The notes under the pieces are model-generated. The model ran no database searches. It saw only the letters and a list, made by a program, of their open reading frames with translations, and was not told the origin of the DNA. From the NCBI GenBank assembly GCA_963514005.1, contig OY740798.1, positions 44,516,001-44,580,000 of the forward strand: a DNA stretch of 64,000 nucleotides. Reading direction: 5' to 3'. The stretch comes from Raja brachyura. Lineage: Eukaryota. This document shows positions 57,101 to 64,000 of the stretch, piece by piece (the first letter of the stretch is position 1; each line of letters starts with the position of its first letter). Made by a program: the position numbers and the translations under genes.

Positions 57101-60100
57101 GTGCCTCCATCCATTGGTTACCCTTGCTCTGCATGATAATTTGGGCAATATTGAACTTAAAACCTTGGCAAGTTGAAGCAAATTATATTTCATGCCTTTG
57201 GTGGCCAGGATCAAATGCTCAAGCAAGTGAATGGTGTGGCAATCAAGGTGCTCACTTTTGATATTTAAACAAATGATTTCAGGTAACATGATGCAGTTCA
57301 CCTGTTGGATCATTTCCTCTACTTCCCACTATATTCTCTCTACTTCCCACTAATGCAAACCTATTATGAAGGGAAACTTCTCCGGCATAATTATGAATTT
57401 GAAAGGGTTTCCTGTAAAATGACTTTTGCTCACTTGTCGAGACAGAGGAAAAACCTACATTGATGCAGTTTGTTTGTTATTCAACATTTAATCAAATCCC
57501 ATCACTTCATTAATTAACAGAGATGTGTTACCTTCAAGTTTGGGGATAATTTTGGAGCAAGCCCCACTTGGGTTCTGGCAGGTTTTGATGCAGGGAATCC
57601 CGCACGGAGCATAGTGCCATTCACACTCATCATTCGGATTGTAGTACGTACAGAAGAGAGCTGGAAACAGAAAAAAAGCATTCCGAGTAGTCACCAGACT
57701 TGTCACCTAAACATCGTGGAATAGATTCACATTCGTGTTGTTTACCAGAGTGGGACTATGGTGGAGCAGATTGTTCCCTTGGCAATAATATGGATTAGAT
57801 TGCCTGCCTGAATGAATGCTATCTTACTTTTACTTGATATAAAATCTGTCCTCCGAAGAACTCTCCCTAGGTGAGGGAGGACTTGCACTGACATTGAAGC
57901 CACAGCATTTTGTTTGTTGATTCTTTGGAAACTTAAGAATTGTAAGAGATCCTGATATAGTAATGTAAAGCAGGACGCCATTTTGTGGAATGGAATCCTT
58001 CCATTTTGAACTGCAAAGAATGAAATGGTCCTGATGGATTCTTTTTTCTTACATTCGTCAGACTAATGAATTAATTTGAACTCTGTTTGAATCTGACAAT
58101 GTCCAGAAACTGGTGGGTGGGTGGTGACACACAGGATGGGAGGATGCCAAGTGGGGTGTAGAGGTGGTAACGACAGGATCAGAGTCGGCCTCACACTAAT
58201 GGATTCAAATTCCTTGTCGGCACAGTGATACAGCAGTAGCGTTGGTGCGAGGCCCGGGTTCGATCCTGGCTGTGGGTGCTGTCAGTACAGAGTTTGTGCG
58301 TTCTCTCTGTGACTCTGGCTTTTCTCCTGGTGCTGTGGCCTCTTCCCACCTCCCCAAAGATGTGCAGGTTTGTGGGTTTAATTGGATCCGGTAAACCACC
58401 CTCAGTGTGCAGGATGTAAAACTGGGATAACAGAGAACAAGTGTACAGGATGATCGGTGGTCAGCGCGGACTCGGTGGGCCGAAGGGCCTGTTTGCAAGC
58501 CGTGTCTCCGAACTATAAACTAAAGCGACAAAAGGATTCTTCTCAATGACAGGGAAGAAAAACGTAAGTTTAGCGAAGATTAATTCATAACTGGCAATGA
58601 TGCAGTGGAGATGGAGGGATCTGGTAATTAACTGCTCCAAGCCTAAAAGTGAATGGAAGCAGAACATTACTCACGACAAAGTTCTGGGGTCCTCCAGGAA
58701 ACGCACACCCCTGCCATCCTACAGGCCAGAGAGTAGGCAGCGATAGCCGTACATAGACATTCGCAGTCCCCGCCAGTGTCACAGGCACATGCATCCCGTA
58801 CACAAGACTCGTAATATGGGGCTGGATCCACCTGAAAAATATGCATGCAAATGACTGCCGTTTCATTCGAAAATGATGTGTGAATTTAAATGATGAAACA
58901 GCTGCAAAACATATTGGCGAGGACGGAGACGAGGAAACACTTTTTCTCACAGAGAGTGGTGAGTCTGTGGAATTCTCTGCCTCAGTGGGCGGTGGAGGCG
59001 GGTTCTCTGGATGCTTTCTAGAGAGAGCTAGATAGGGCCCTCAGGGGGTGGCACGGTGGCACAGCGGTAGAGTTGCTGCCTTACAGCTCCAGAGACCCGG
59101 GTTCAATCCTGACCTCGGGTGTTGTCTATACGGAGTTTGTACGTTCTCCCTGTGGCCTGTGTGGGTCTTTCGGTTTCAGATCTTCGGTTTCCTCCCACAC
59201 TCCAAAGACGTACAGGCTTGTAGGTTAATTGGCTTGGTGTAAATGTAAAATGATACCTAGTGTGTGTGGGGTAGTGTTGATGTGCGGGGATCGTTGGTTG
59301 GAGCGGACTCGGTGACCTGATGGGACTGTTTTCGCGCTGCATCTCTGAACTATAATAAAAAACGAAATATGACATTCAACGGTAGCTAATATACCTCAGT
59401 AATTTGTGACGTATACTGTAAAGGGTTTTGTATTTAGTTATTTGTTGTATCTGGAAGGCAAAGGAGATTTTACTCTATGACAACGAAAAATGTTGAGATC
59501 CTTGCAGTAGTATCTTGTGGATGGTATACGTACTTCCACAAATTATTAATTATTGTGTACAGATAGAGTCATTTGTGGATTAACTGTGTAAAGGCAAGGC
59601 AAAGGCACATTAAAGGCCTTGATGTTAAGAATAGTACCTGGGAATTACAATGTAGGAATGGCCCATTCTTGAGGATGCTGCATTGCTTCTGAGCCCAAGC
59701 ATCTCGATGCACATTAATCGAGCAGGGGTCTACAGTTTTCTTCGCATTTGCACAGACAGGAGATACCTTCCAACTGTTTCCAAACTCGTCAGCATTTGCA
59801 ACTACTAAATGGCTTCTTGTGGTGAAATCATTGTGTACGCTCCCATCGTAATTACCGCACAATCCACACATGGTTCCCTGTAATTAATCCAAAACAGTCA
59901 ATCCCCAAGATACCTTTTGGTCACACCTACAATGTACCTTCCCGGATTTAGTGTGTTAAAACATATCTTTGCAATTGAAATAATGGAGAAATAAATCAAG
60001 AGAGCAATATTATACAATAGATTTTAATCACAACTATTGTTCTAACAAAGTAAGATTTCAAAGTAGATATTATATCTGATTACTTACAATGCCCTGTGCT

Positions 60101-63100
60101 GGTGATTCTCCAAACTTTAATAATCTCATGATCTGAATTGTTCATGTACTCCTAGCTTCATATCATTGTGTTAAATCATGCCAGGATACCCTTAACATTC
60201 TGGCAGTGCTTGCTTTCCCCATGATTAAAATAGTTTACATTGAGTGTTTAAGAGATTTGCTATCTTGCGGGTGGCATGGTGGCGTAGCAGTAGAGCTACT
60301 GCCTTACAGCGCCAGAGACCCGGGTTCAATCCTAGCCACAGGTCCTTGTCTGTACATAGTTTGTACATTCTCCCCTGGACCAGTGTGGGTTTTCGGTTTC
60401 CTCCCACACTCTAAAGACGTACAGGTTTGTCGATTAATTGGCTTAGTATAAATGTAAATGCAAAGACCTAAGTCTGGTGTTGCTTATTTTGGAACAAAAG
60501 ACTAAGGGAGATTTAATGTGAGTGCTTCAACTTATGAAGAATAACTAGACACACTGAGTTTAATGGTACATGAATTAGAGGGAAGTTGAGGAAATGTATT
60601 TCCACTCAGGGTGTAAAATTCCCTGTCAGAAAGCATGGTGCAGGCAGATGTGCCATGCATGTGTGAGGAGCCTGCATGGACATTAGCAGCAAGAAGGACT
60701 GGAGCTGGGATTATCCATTTATCTGTGGCCATCATGCATACCATTTGCTGAATGGTCTCCACTCGCCCTGTACTTCTGAACGACCTCAGTGTCATGTATA
60801 TTCGTGGAATATGACATAATTCTAAATCTAAAGTAAATCTAAAATTGTCTTATTTTTAAAAAAAATCAAGTTGCCCTTTCGGCAAATGGGAATATTGACA
60901 AGGTTCACTGCAAGTACTTACCTTGAGTGCGTGACTCAGTTTAATGGTCAGGCTTGTTTTCTTGTCCCAGAATAGTATCATTCCATTGCTGGCCTCTAAT
61001 ACAAGATAGATGCCAAGATGACGTACTTTGTAAGGCACTTGTTTACCACTCATCAGCTTCACCGTCTCATACTTTCCGTCTGAAAGTTTTATTTCAGTGT
61101 TCTGAAAGTTCAAACAATCACATGAAACAAGTGGAAAAATAAATTACACATTCGTCAACTGCTCTATCAGTTTATTGCGAAAAGGGTGGCATGTTAACAA
61201 CTTATGCTATTCTTAACACACATACTGTATAGGCCGAGATATTTGGAGAATGAACAAGTTGGACATATGGGCATCTTTATTCAACATCAAGCCTAGAACT
61301 GAAACTGGAAAATAGGTGCATAAGGGATTATTGAAAGGAAATGTGGTGCTGGGCAATGCTTTAGAGAAATCCTCTGATGGTCTGCCGTCAATTGCATTTT
61401 GAGTCGTTATGAAGCAATATTTGTATTTGGGAATTGGAAGCTGTAATTGCCACAGGAGCAATCAGAGAGTGCATCCATATTTGGAGAACTCTACAATAAC
61501 AAACAAATGTCCGTGCTTCTGTGGGCTGTGGGACGGATAGATGACATCTCACCTTGTCGAGCAGAGAGAACACATTGATGAGTTACACACTGTGATGTTT
61601 GGCATGAAGCAGCAGCTATGGTCTGGGATGGTCCTGACACAGCTGAGATCACTACCCATAAGAATGTAATCATTATACTGATGTATGTTCAAGCTTCTAG
61701 CTCATCCTCCCATTCCTAACCGGACGGTTTATCGGGATGCATCACAGCTTGGTTTGAGAACAGCTCCATGACCGCAAGAAATTGCGACAAATTGTGGACA
61801 CAGCTCACACCATCACACAAACCATTGACCCCATTTATACCGCACCCTGGCCACTCCCTCTTCTCCCCTCTCCCATCGGGCAAAAGGTATAGAGGTGTGA
61901 AAACGCACACCTCCTGATTCAGGGGCAGTTTCTTCCCATCTGTTATCAGGCAAGTGAATCATCCTACCACAGCCAGAGAGCGGTCCTGAACTACTATCTA
62001 CCTCATTGGAAACCTTCAAACTATCTTTGATTGGACCTTACTAGCTTTACTTTGCACTAAACGTTATTCCCTTATCATGTATCTATACACTGTGGACAGC
62101 TCAATTGTAATCATGTTTTGTCTTTCCGCTGACTAGTTAGCACACAACAAAAGCTTCTCATTGTACCTCGGTACACGTGACAATAAACTAAAACTGAACT
62201 GAACTGAACTGCCTGTGAACAGCAAACAAGGAGCACCAACAATCACTTATCTGTTCACTTACACCCAAGAAGATTTTGATTGATTTAGAACACGTTGTTC
62301 CAGTGGTACCACAAGGGATGTTTTCAGTGATTATCCTGAAGCTTCCATTGGAAGGATTATTTCCACAATGATCCTGAAACAATCATACAAAGACAGGGTT
62401 AAAGACCATCTATGGGCATAATAGCGGGCACAGAAATGAGGTACATAATTTATCATTTTTCTTTAAATATCTGAATAGATGTAAAAGTTTAGATATGTGA
62501 AGCATAATTTATCATCACAGCTTCAGTATTATCAATGATCGGGTGGCACAGTGGAGCAACTGCCTTAAAACACCAGAGTCACGGGTTCGATCCTGACTAC
62601 GGGTGCTTGTCTGTACGGAGTTTGTACGTTCTCCACGTGACCTGCGTGGGTTTTCTCCGAGATCATCGGTTATCTCCCACACTCCAAAGACGTACAGGTT
62701 TGTAGGTTAATTGGCTTGGTAAATTGTCCCTGGTGTGTGTAGGATAGTGTCAGTGTGCAGGGATCGCCAGTTGGTGTGGATTCGATGGGCCGAAGGGCCT
62801 GTTTCCGCGCTGTATCACCAAACTAAACTAAAATTTACATTCCACATGAATATTCAAATTTATCACTGAATTGAAATGTAATTATAATAATGCAAAGGCC
62901 ATATTTGTCTAACAATACCTGTGCAACAATGTATTCACAGTCCCCATTGAAAGTGTAGCGTTGTCCATCAAACGTGATGTAATTCCCATCGCCATAGATC
63001 ATGCATGTTCCGTGACACTCGTGTCCTGAGCAGGTCCAAGATCTGTTATTGCATACACTGAAAATCAAGCAAGATGTTTATTAACCACGATGTGTGAGCT

Positions 63101-63321
63101 CTGAGATTCTGCACTTGTTTCCCATAGATCAAGCTAATGGCAAAACGAGAGTGAACATTCTCTACATACCATGAGTTGCAGTCCACCTGGATGATTTCCC
63201 CAGATTGATATTGGATGCCATTGTGTGTGCAGGGACATTCATTTAAGGGAATACAGCCACCACTTCCATCAGAAAGCAAACCTTCAGGACACACGCATCC
63301 AGAGCTGCAATCTGTAGCATA
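5..63321 (-). CDS. Gel-forming mucin (MUC2/MUC5AC/MUC5B family), partial multi-exon gene: 43 exons from TIL/E through VWD3, PTS, 30x Cys-module array to VWD4
   Basis: Hand-spliced exons all show AG/GT boundaries and matching phases. Motifs: YITFDG (twice), CGLCGNYDG, CACDTGGDCECLCTAIAAY, CEWHYAPCG, Thr-rich PTS repeats. Exact paralogue not assignable without phylogeny. Confidence 0.95.
660..970 (-). mobile_element. 3'UTR fragment of the same L1-like family as 16411-17845
   Basis: ttgttagaagtaagtacaatagtgtggtac...cctaatacatacatacat and cccatccgtcacccg are reverse complements of 17540-17830. Confidence 0.75.
1161..1717 (+). mobile_element. Probable non-autonomous Helitron-like element
   Basis: A|TCTATATATTACTAAA 5' end, subterminal hairpin ggaccc-aat-ggatcc, 3' end ...gtttag|t (CTAG-like), no TSD. 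Confidence 0.5.
2564..2808 (-). CDS. Mucin exon: VWD4 start ([33 protein letters not shown]...)
   Basis: attccag| acceptor, ACG|gtaagt donor, 245 bp, phase 1-0. Confidence 0.94.
4004..4178 (-). CDS. Mucin exon: VWC-like module preceding VWD4 (MNETWKLDNCTKATCKG...KCCYQQKCS)
   Basis: ccatag| acceptor, T|gtgagt donor, 175 bp, phase 0-1. Confidence 0.93.
5421..5715 (+). mobile_element. tRNA-derived SINE (HE1/V-SINE-like)
   Basis: tRNA-like head (cagcggtaga...ccgggttggaacctg), shared body, taaa-rich tail; at least 7 copies in window. Confidence 0.8.
5908..6092 (-). CDS. Mucin exon: canonical-position Cys module second half plus short PTS (GEQIYFTSDKAGWCYIGLCTSKCEIVKHTVPC...GCPDLHPPRA)
   Basis: Translated by hand; ctttccag| acceptor, |gtgagt donor, 185 bp, phase 1-0. 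Confidence 0.92.
6497..6785 (+). mobile_element. tRNA-derived SINE, same family
   Basis: ggttcgatccc B-box; body matches other copies. Confidence 0.8.
7763..8046. mobile_element. MITE with long TIRs (PIF/Harbinger-like ends)
   Basis: aggccctgtcccac..tgcgagttcacccaagagctctccc / gggagagttcttgggtaaactcgca..tgggacaggccct; related to 53362-53670. Confidence 0.8.
8055..8395 (+). mobile_element. 3' end of Rex1/Babar-like LINE
   Basis: Similar to 13295-13590 and 61850-62210. Confidence 0.6.
8893..9111 (-). CDS. Diverged copy of the array exon (GQSTVSSEDKSGLCKYTQCTEGC...PCFCKVNGKIIPA), 219 bp
   Basis: atgcag| acceptor, GCAG|gtgagt donor, phase 1-1, same 6-Cys spacing. Confidence 0.88.
9973..10175 (+). 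pseudogene. Inverted, frameshifted pseudo-exon copy of the array exon
   Basis: On + strand: ctccag|GTCAGGCAACTGTGACA...GTTTACTCCTG|gtaagt; reads GQATVTCAVVYNFTLCTVDCKVLKYTGRCETTT then TAA; 203 bp, not a multiple of 3. Confidence 0.88.
12240..12790 (+). mobile_element. Penelope-like element RT C-terminal fragment, degenerate
   Basis: FINFTTNFHPALK..SDTSLLFLDL.VSI..DSNGYLD, followed in a shifted frame by an LPY.QF.RL.RI..QDEAF-like stretch. Confidence 0.75.
12830..13590 (+). mobile_element. Rex1/Babar-like LINE 3' fragment, degenerate
   Basis: VKSFKVLRINITKKLSWNNHIDAVAKK..FLRRLR.F.MS resembles the post-RT region of this clade. Confidence 0.7.
14428..14643 (-). CDS. Array exon 28, outer A-like type, 216 bp
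   Basis: ccaccag| acceptor, CCTG|gtaagt donor; B-like 5' half, A-like 3' half. Confidence 0.88.
15409..15621 (-). CDS. Array exon 27, type B (outer unit)
   Basis: 213 bp, intact AG/GT, protein identical to inner B exons. Confidence 0.88.
16289..16347 (-). pseudogene. Truncated exon remnant (GQAMVMSAGKPGPCNFTLC) with intact acceptor; degraded versions recur in each 2342-bp unit (e.g. 20089-20121)
   Basis: Direct similarity to the 5' 59 nt of the array exon plus its polypyrimidine tract. Confidence 0.85.
16411..17845 (+). mobile_element. 5'-truncated L1/Tx1-like LINE (ORF2 C-terminus, 3'UTR, A-rich tail)
   Basis: Degenerate ORF2 with LHRLYYSKTRLNKIFPNVSPICDKC...AHSIVSC..LHKFW Cys/His motif; A-rich tail; TSD atctctgctga(t/c)g at 16398-16410 and 17846-17858; empty site in array units. 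Confidence 0.9.
18341..18553 (-). CDS. Array exon 26, type A (KYTG>KYPG variant)
   Basis: 213 bp, intact AG/GT, open frame. Confidence 0.88.
18973..19142. mobile_element. Penelope-terminus-derived short repeat with internal inverted repeat, one per 2342-bp unit
   Basis: aagaaggaactgcagatgctgg...aactcagcggg...gtttcgggtcgagaccc family, also at ~6930, 7690, 9540, 11430, 11970, 51800, 53680, 56960. Confidence 0.7.
19213..19425 (-). CDS. Array exon 25, type B
   Basis: 213 bp, intact AG/GT, open frame. Confidence 0.88.
20683..20895 (-). CDS. Array exon 24, type A
   Basis: 213 bp, intact AG/GT, open frame. Confidence 0.88.
21555..21767 (-). CDS. Array exon 23, type B
   Basis: 213 bp, intact AG/GT, open frame. 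Confidence 0.88.
23025..23237 (-). CDS. Array exon 22, type A
   Basis: 213 bp, intact AG/GT, open frame. Confidence 0.88.
23897..24109 (-). CDS. Array exon 21, type B
   Basis: 213 bp, intact AG/GT, open frame. Confidence 0.88.
25367..25579 (-). CDS. Array exon 20, type A
   Basis: 213 bp, intact AG/GT, open frame. Confidence 0.88.
26239..26451 (-). CDS. Array exon 19, type B
   Basis: 213 bp, intact AG/GT, open frame. Confidence 0.88.
27709..27921 (-). CDS. Array exon 18, type A
   Basis: 213 bp, intact AG/GT, open frame. Confidence 0.88.
28581..28793 (-). CDS. Array exon 17, type B
   Basis: 213 bp, intact AG/GT, open frame. Confidence 0.88.
30051..30263 (-). CDS. Array exon 16, type A
   Basis: 213 bp, intact AG/GT, open frame. 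Confidence 0.88.
30923..31135 (-). CDS. Array exon 15, type B
   Basis: 213 bp, intact AG/GT, open frame. Confidence 0.88.
32393..32605 (-). CDS. Array exon 14, type A
   Basis: 213 bp, intact AG/GT, open frame. Confidence 0.88.
33265..33477 (-). CDS. Array exon 13, type B
   Basis: 213 bp, intact AG/GT, open frame. Confidence 0.88.
34735..34947 (-). CDS. Array exon 12, type A
   Basis: 213 bp, intact AG/GT, open frame. Confidence 0.88.
35607..35819 (-). CDS. Array exon 11, type B
   Basis: 213 bp, intact AG/GT, open frame. Confidence 0.88.
37077..37289 (-). CDS. Array exon 10, type A
   Basis: 213 bp, intact AG/GT, open frame. Confidence 0.88.
37949..38161 (-). CDS. Array exon 9, type B
   Basis: 213 bp, intact AG/GT, open frame. 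Confidence 0.88.
39419..39631 (-). CDS. Array exon 8, type A
   Basis: 213 bp, intact AG/GT, open frame. Confidence 0.88.
40291..40503 (-). CDS. Array exon 7, type B (GRC>GKC variant)
   Basis: 213 bp, intact AG/GT, open frame. Confidence 0.88.
41761..41973 (-). CDS. Array exon 6, type A
   Basis: 213 bp, intact AG/GT, open frame. Confidence 0.88.
42634..42846 (-). CDS. Array exon 5, type B
   Basis: 213 bp, intact AG/GT, open frame. Confidence 0.88.
44104..44316 (-). CDS. Array exon 4, type A
   Basis: 213 bp, intact AG/GT, open frame, ends CTCENDGRIMLP. Confidence 0.88.
44976..45188 (-). CDS. Array exon 3, type B
   Basis: 213 bp, intact AG/GT, open frame, ends CSCDVDGHIMSP. Confidence 0.88.
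45229..46263. mobile_element. Non-autonomous TIR DNA transposon, 1035 bp (hAT-like TAG...CTA ends)
   Basis: TIRs taggtatgttacaaaa / ttttgtaacattgcta (14/16); direct repeat cacctga on both sides; empty site gtgtacacctgaaggtg in all other units; no ORF. Confidence 0.9.
47016..47228 (-). CDS. Array exon 2, outer A-like type, 213 bp
   Basis: Intact splice sites, phase 1-1; ...CNFTRCTDDC...CTCENDGRIMLP. Confidence 0.9.
47974..48189 (-). CDS. Array exon 1, outer B-like type, 216 bp
   Basis: cctccag|GTCAG acceptor, CCAG|gtaagt donor, phase 1-1; GQATVTSAGISGLCNVTLC...CSCDDDGRKMSP. Confidence 0.9.
48955..49254 (-). mobile_element. tRNA-derived SINE, reverse orientation
   Basis: Reverse complement of the SINE family, with tttag tail at the low end. 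Confidence 0.8.
49902..51749 (-). CDS. Large mucin exon: Cys module (ACTCVYDGKTF...GGCIKATCGVNGT) plus Thr-rich PTS tandem repeats, ending CSCTVQGKILSPG
   Basis: ttttttag| acceptor, CCAG|gtaatt donor, 1848 bp, phase 1-1; overlaps ORF 49885..51651. Confidence 0.95.
49940..51455 (-). repeat. Coding minisatellite: about 13 copies of a ~36-aa (~108-bp) unit VTTHSTTTTTSIETTPERTQPTSTTTLPTTVTTTTP
   Basis: QPTSTTT occurs 13 times in the translation; spacer SSPT..AST.PKTE.LLTTST occurs twice. Confidence 0.9.
51800..52140. mobile_element. Penelope-terminus-derived repeat with inverted ends
   Basis: gtagacaaaaatgctggagaaa ... tttctccagcatttttgtctac inverted pair; hammerhead-like core on - strand. Confidence 0.65.
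52420..53360 (+). mobile_element. CR1 LINE RT and 3' fragment, degenerate
   Basis: VTSSVAQELVLGPLLF...ISKFADDIKVGG, LQRVH..FTRMLP. Confidence 0.85.
53362..53670. mobile_element. MITE with ~40-bp TIRs (PIF/Harbinger-like), inserted in the CR1 3' end
   Basis: aagggcctgtcccactgtacgagataattcaagag / ctcttgaattagctcgtgcagtgggacaggccctt. Confidence 0.85.
53976..54019 (-). CDS. Mucin mini-exon (CKCNNGEVHCTYHKS)
   Basis: ttttttag| acceptor, G|gtacgt donor, 44 bp; phase 2-1 exactly bridges its neighbours. Confidence 0.85.
54430..54960 (+). mobile_element. LINE fragment with AP-endonuclease remnant (Rex1/Babar/L2-like)
   Basis: SASVDGFMTVRADRDCRDS...HITVKECVCGPDIELMAVDLR; GC-rich upstream part. Confidence 0.6.
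55070..55700 (-). mobile_element. CR1 LINE RT fragment, reverse orientation
   Basis: - strand reads VCMDFSKAFNKVP and PLFNKGSREKTGNY. Confidence 0.75.
55790..56118 (+). mobile_element. CR1 LINE 3' end
   Basis: GESRTRDHSLRIKGRPFKTEVRKHFFTQRVVSLWNSLP plus 3'UTR. Confidence 0.85.
56448..56595 (-). CDS. Mucin exon: TIL3/E3 (GCYPDCPSEKPFLDEDKMQCVPLSNCPCHLNGTHYEPGQSVPSTRNCES)
   Basis: Translated by hand; ccatag| acceptor, TG|gtaagt donor, 148 bp, phase 1-2. Confidence 0.93.
57532..57660 (-). CDS. Mucin exon: TIL3 (PLFCTYYNPNDECEWHYAPCGIPCIKTCQNPSGACSKIIPKLEG)
   Basis: tttccag| acceptor, G|gtaaca donor, 129 bp, phase 1-1. Confidence 0.94.
58219..58523 (+). mobile_element. tRNA-derived SINE
   Basis: ccgggttcgatcctg B-box; shared 3' ggactcggtgggccgaagggcctgttt. 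Confidence 0.75.
58675..58831 (-). CDS. Mucin exon: C8-3 (VDPAPYYESCVRDACACDTGGDCECLCTAIAAYSLACRMAGVCVSWRTPELC)
   Basis: Translated by hand (not in ORF track); ttttcag| acceptor, |gtgagt donor, 157 bp, phase 0-1. Confidence 0.95.
59046..59355 (+). mobile_element. tRNA-derived SINE, adjacent to a CR1 3' fragment (58936-59040)
   Basis: ggtggcacggtggcacagcggtagagttgctgccttacag head. Confidence 0.82.
59638..59877 (-). CDS. Mucin exon: VWD3 end and C8-3 start (GTMCGLCGNYDG...EFGNSWK...WAQKQCSILKNGPFLHCNSQ)
   Basis: ttacag| acceptor, CAG|gtacta donor, 240 bp, CGLCG motif. Confidence 0.95.
60269..60459 (+). mobile_element. tRNA-derived SINE, 3'-truncated
   Basis: Same head and body as other copies. 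Confidence 0.78.
60922..61101 (-). CDS. Mucin exon: VWD3 (NTEIKLSDG...GIYLVLEASNGMILFWDKKTSLTIKLSHALK)
   Basis: tttcag| acceptor, AAG|gtaagt donor, 180 bp. Confidence 0.93.
61715..62211 (+). mobile_element. Rex1/Babar-like LINE 3' end with (aactg)n tail
   Basis: Similar to 13130-13590 and 8055-8395; aataaa then short-repeat tail. Confidence 0.7.
62263..62373 (-). CDS. Mucin exon: VWD3 (DHCGNNPSNGSFRIITENIPCGTTGTTCSKSIKIFLG)
   Basis: tttcag| acceptor, |gtaagt donor, 111 bp; characteristic ENIPCGTTGTTCSK motif. Confidence 0.95.
62540..62833 (+). mobile_element. tRNA-derived SINE
   Basis: gggttcgatcctgactacggg; (taaac)n tail. Confidence 0.82.
62919..63057 (-). CDS. Mucin exon: end of E' and start of VWD3 (CVCNNRSWTC...GTCMIYGDGNYITFDGQRYTFNGDCEYIVAQ)
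   Basis: ttttcag| acceptor, CAG|gtattg donor, 139 bp, phase 2-0. Confidence 0.93.
63170..63321 (-). CDS. Mucin exon: TIL'/E' region (YATDCSSGCVCPEGLLSDGSGGCIPLNECPCTHNGIQYQSGEIIQVDCNS)
   Basis: ctgcag| acceptor, TG|gtatgt donor, 152 bp, phase 0-2. Confidence 0.92.
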
Positions 63322-64000
63322 CTGCAGAGACAATTTAAAAACAATAACAATTTGATCTCTGCACTACTTTGGTTCTTTTGCAGAGCCTGAGAGTAGATGT
63401 TGAGATGCTATACTCTCAGTTGGTTGAACAGTGCTAGGTAAATACTTATTTCAACATGTAAAACAAGCACCTACTACTAAAAGATGCACGAAGGCCATCC
63501 TTTTATAGTGAGACACAGAACTGAACTTTGTTGGTTTTCTGTTTTTCCTTGCAGTGTTTTTTTTCCCCTGTCGAGTACAATTTATGTTTAATTCACGTTT
63601 TAGTGTGTTTGCCTGAGTCTATATGCCTGTGATGCTGTTGCAAGCAAGATTTTCATTGTACCTGTACCTCACCGTGCTTTTGCTTATCATAATAAACTCA
63701 ACTTGGCTTGGGTGGCTGATGAAAACTAAACAAACAGGCATCGAGCATCAGACTATGTTGACGGGTTCGAGCCTCTAACATCGATGTTTAACTCCTGAAC
63801 GTTGAGGTATACTTGAGCAAGCTCCATGGAAGAGGCAGGCTGTTGGTGTATCTGGTAATCCCCAAATACTCGCACATGTAACGTGGTTTGCAGGTTTGCT
63901 CAACTGACCAGAACTTGCATACAAAAAAAAGTGGAGGGACAGAACAGGATTGAAGAAATGAGACGGAATGATCCTGCCAGTGCTGTGCTGTTCACAATGT

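Noticed and set aside
59046-59120. tRNA gene
   Set aside because: A/B-box head of a SINE that continues into the SINE body; no full cloverleaf
63850-63930. Possible further upstream mucin exon (EQTCKPRYMC-like reading)
   Set aside because: No convincing donor site or TIL cysteine pattern; the preceding exon is probably outside the window

Overview
Vertebrate genomic DNA, probably a cartilaginous fish (skate/ray), inferred only from its SINE/Penelope/CR1 repeat content. The whole window lies inside one large minus-strand gel-forming mucin gene of the MUC2/MUC5AC/MUC5B family, and both gene ends are outside the window. I traced 43 GT-AG exons with consistent phases, about 10.1 kb of CDS (~3375 aa). 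In order they encode TIL/E modules, the VWD3 assembly, one 1848-bp Thr-rich PTS exon, a long exon array, and the start of VWD4. The unusual part is the array. No CysD domain is visible. Instead, the 6-Cys module that occurs once just before the C-terminal region of mammalian MUC2/MUC5 is present in 30 copies, separated by short Thr-rich linkers and encoded by symmetric phase-1 exons. Most copies sit in a near-perfect 2342-bp genomic tandem repeat (~11.7 units, two alternating exon types). The array is bracketed by a unique L1-like insertion and a unique TIR DNA transposon, and it contains a higher-order 2-unit duplication. Each unit carries a dead 'ghost' exon, and an inverted pseudo-exon lies in a downstream intron. 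Introns hold many SINEs and LINE, Penelope, MITE and Helitron-like fragments.
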